Source: Acidobacteriota bacterium (GTDB taxonomy: Bacteria; Acidobacteriota; UBA6911; RPQK01; JAJDTT01). From it: a stretch of 64,000 nt of DNA. The notes below the pieces were generated by a model, which was not told the DNA's origin, searched no databases, and saw only the letters and a list, made by a program, of their open reading frames with translations. Within the stretch, counting starts at the first letter, position 1, and each line of letters starts with the position of its first letter. Shown in pieces: positions 63,065-64,000 of this stretch. The position numbers and the translations under genes were made by a program. The DNA lies in assembly GCA_965263035.1 (NCBI GenBank), contig OZ253580.1:2848001-2912000 (forward strand). Direction: 5' to 3'.

Positions 63065-63169
63065 CAACCTCGATTCAAATTAGGACACTACCGCCACAAG
63101 CGGAACCTTGACAGGGAGATAGAAGGGGATTAAGGCACATCCGTTATTGGCAACTACCGTTTGATTCTG

Positions 63170-63403
63170 TCAATCAGCGGAATTGGATAATACTTGGACT
63201 TCGAGTTCATGAACAGAGCGGCCAGCTTGGCACCTGGGTCGGTGGCCTCGACTCGGGGCCGTCGCAGAGCGGCCAGTATTCTTCCCTTGATCCATCCAAA
63301 ACGCATAGCTTCCTCCTTTGGAGAGCAACAGACACATCTCCCCTAGAAAATGGTTGACCTTCAGAAAAAGAGGAATTAGAATGGCAGGGTTCTTGGTTGC
63401 CAC
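63170..63403 (-). CDS. small hypothetical protein
   Basis: 77 aa ORF below a TTGACA-N18-TAGACT promoter-like sequence (63492-63463); no recognisable motif. Confidence 0.3.
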   Translation of the reverse strand: MATKNPAILIPLFLKVNHFLGEMCLLLSKGGSYAFWMDQGKNTGRSATAPSRGHRPRCQAGRSVHELEVQVLSNSAD

Positions 63404-63583
63404 TCTAATTCACGGCCTCGCTGTTTCAGCAGCGGGGCCTCTCTTTTTCGATTACAAAAAACAGTCTATATAGGCGGGCTGTCTTTTGTCAACGGGATTT
63501 ATCACTCCTAATTAACAAACATTCCAGATGGGCTCAGGAATGACGGTTACAGGCAGAGTAGACAACTCCCCTGGTTCTGACCC

Positions 63584-64000
63584 CTATACGGTAGGTCTCG
63601 CCCCACTATCAAGGCCGTTGTCAGCGATCAGTTCCCGGTATTTCAAACGCTTGCCGTGCATCCCCACGGCAACGCATCCCATCTGGTCTTCCGTGTCCGC
63701 TTCGCGGATGTTGTGACGGCCGGTGAACTCATTGACATACCGGTGCAGATGCTTGGGACTGATTTTATGAAATGTACCAACATGCCCACGCTTGAGCATG
63801 GACCAGAAGGACTCGACTCCATTGGTGTGAGCCTTGCCTCGAACGTACTCACCAACCGAGTGCTTCACAGTCTCGTGATTGGGCAGAGCATGGTAGGTCA
63901 GAGCGTCATCGGTGTAAATCTTCGCTCCATCCTCAACATGTTCCATGATGAAGCGGCTCATGGTCTCGCTCTTGGTGTTTTCAACGACTCTGGCGGAAAC
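63584..64000 (-). mobile_element. IS1595 family transposase, C-terminal part (5' end outside window)
   Basis: IYTDD..Y..L..H.TV.HS..EYV..HTNGVESFWSMLKRG..G.FH..S.KHL.RY..EF. Confidence 0.92.

Larger units (their letters stand above)
62183..63092 (+). repeat. three direct copies of TAGGRYACTACC (62183-62194, 62804-62815, 63081-63092), each just after a stop codon
   Basis: TAGGGCACTACC, TAGGGTACTACC, TAGGACACTACC read directly. Confidence 0.85.
51139..64000. mobile_element. accessory island beginning at the tRNA-Ser(TGA) 3' end; right boundary outside the window
   Basis: abrupt AT-rich segment after the tRNA, lower GC and coding density, phage remnant, two IS families, conflict-type genes. 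Confidence 0.75.

Noticed and set aside
62183-63092. CRISPR array or integron attC sites
   Set aside because: Repeats are 12 bp with gene-sized unequal spacers, non-palindromic, lack RYYYAAC/GTTRRRY boxes; no cas or intI genes in the window.

Overview
High-GC bacterial chromosome segment, probably Acidobacteriota (inferred from an Acidobacteria-type VWA protein and the gene repertoire), containing the replication origin region. 1-51.1 kb is mostly core genome: yidD-rnpA-rpmH, pheA, tRNA-Sec, a six-gene coenzyme F420 cluster (cofG, cofH, cofE, cofC, cofD, npdG), a 1456-aa ElbD-like reductase/adenylation/ACP/acyltransferase protein, tRNA-Ser(GCT), prfA-prmC, rpsA-ihfB, dnaA-oriC-dnaN-gyrB-gyrA, purine/NAD/nucleotide salvage genes, serS and tRNA-Ser(TGA). 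From about 51.14 kb to the end is a lower-GC accessory island starting at the tRNA-Ser(TGA) 3' end: a decayed phage-portal-like gene, VWA, Fic and HEPN-like genes, an intact IS630, a translationally coupled three-gene toxin/antitoxin-like module, three small unrelated genes each followed by the same 12-bp TAGGRYACTACC motif (a cassette-like array), and a partial IS1595-family transposase. All calls come from motifs read by eye; no database searches were run. Start codons were adjusted from the ORF track where overlaps, RBSs or promoters pointed to a shorter gene.
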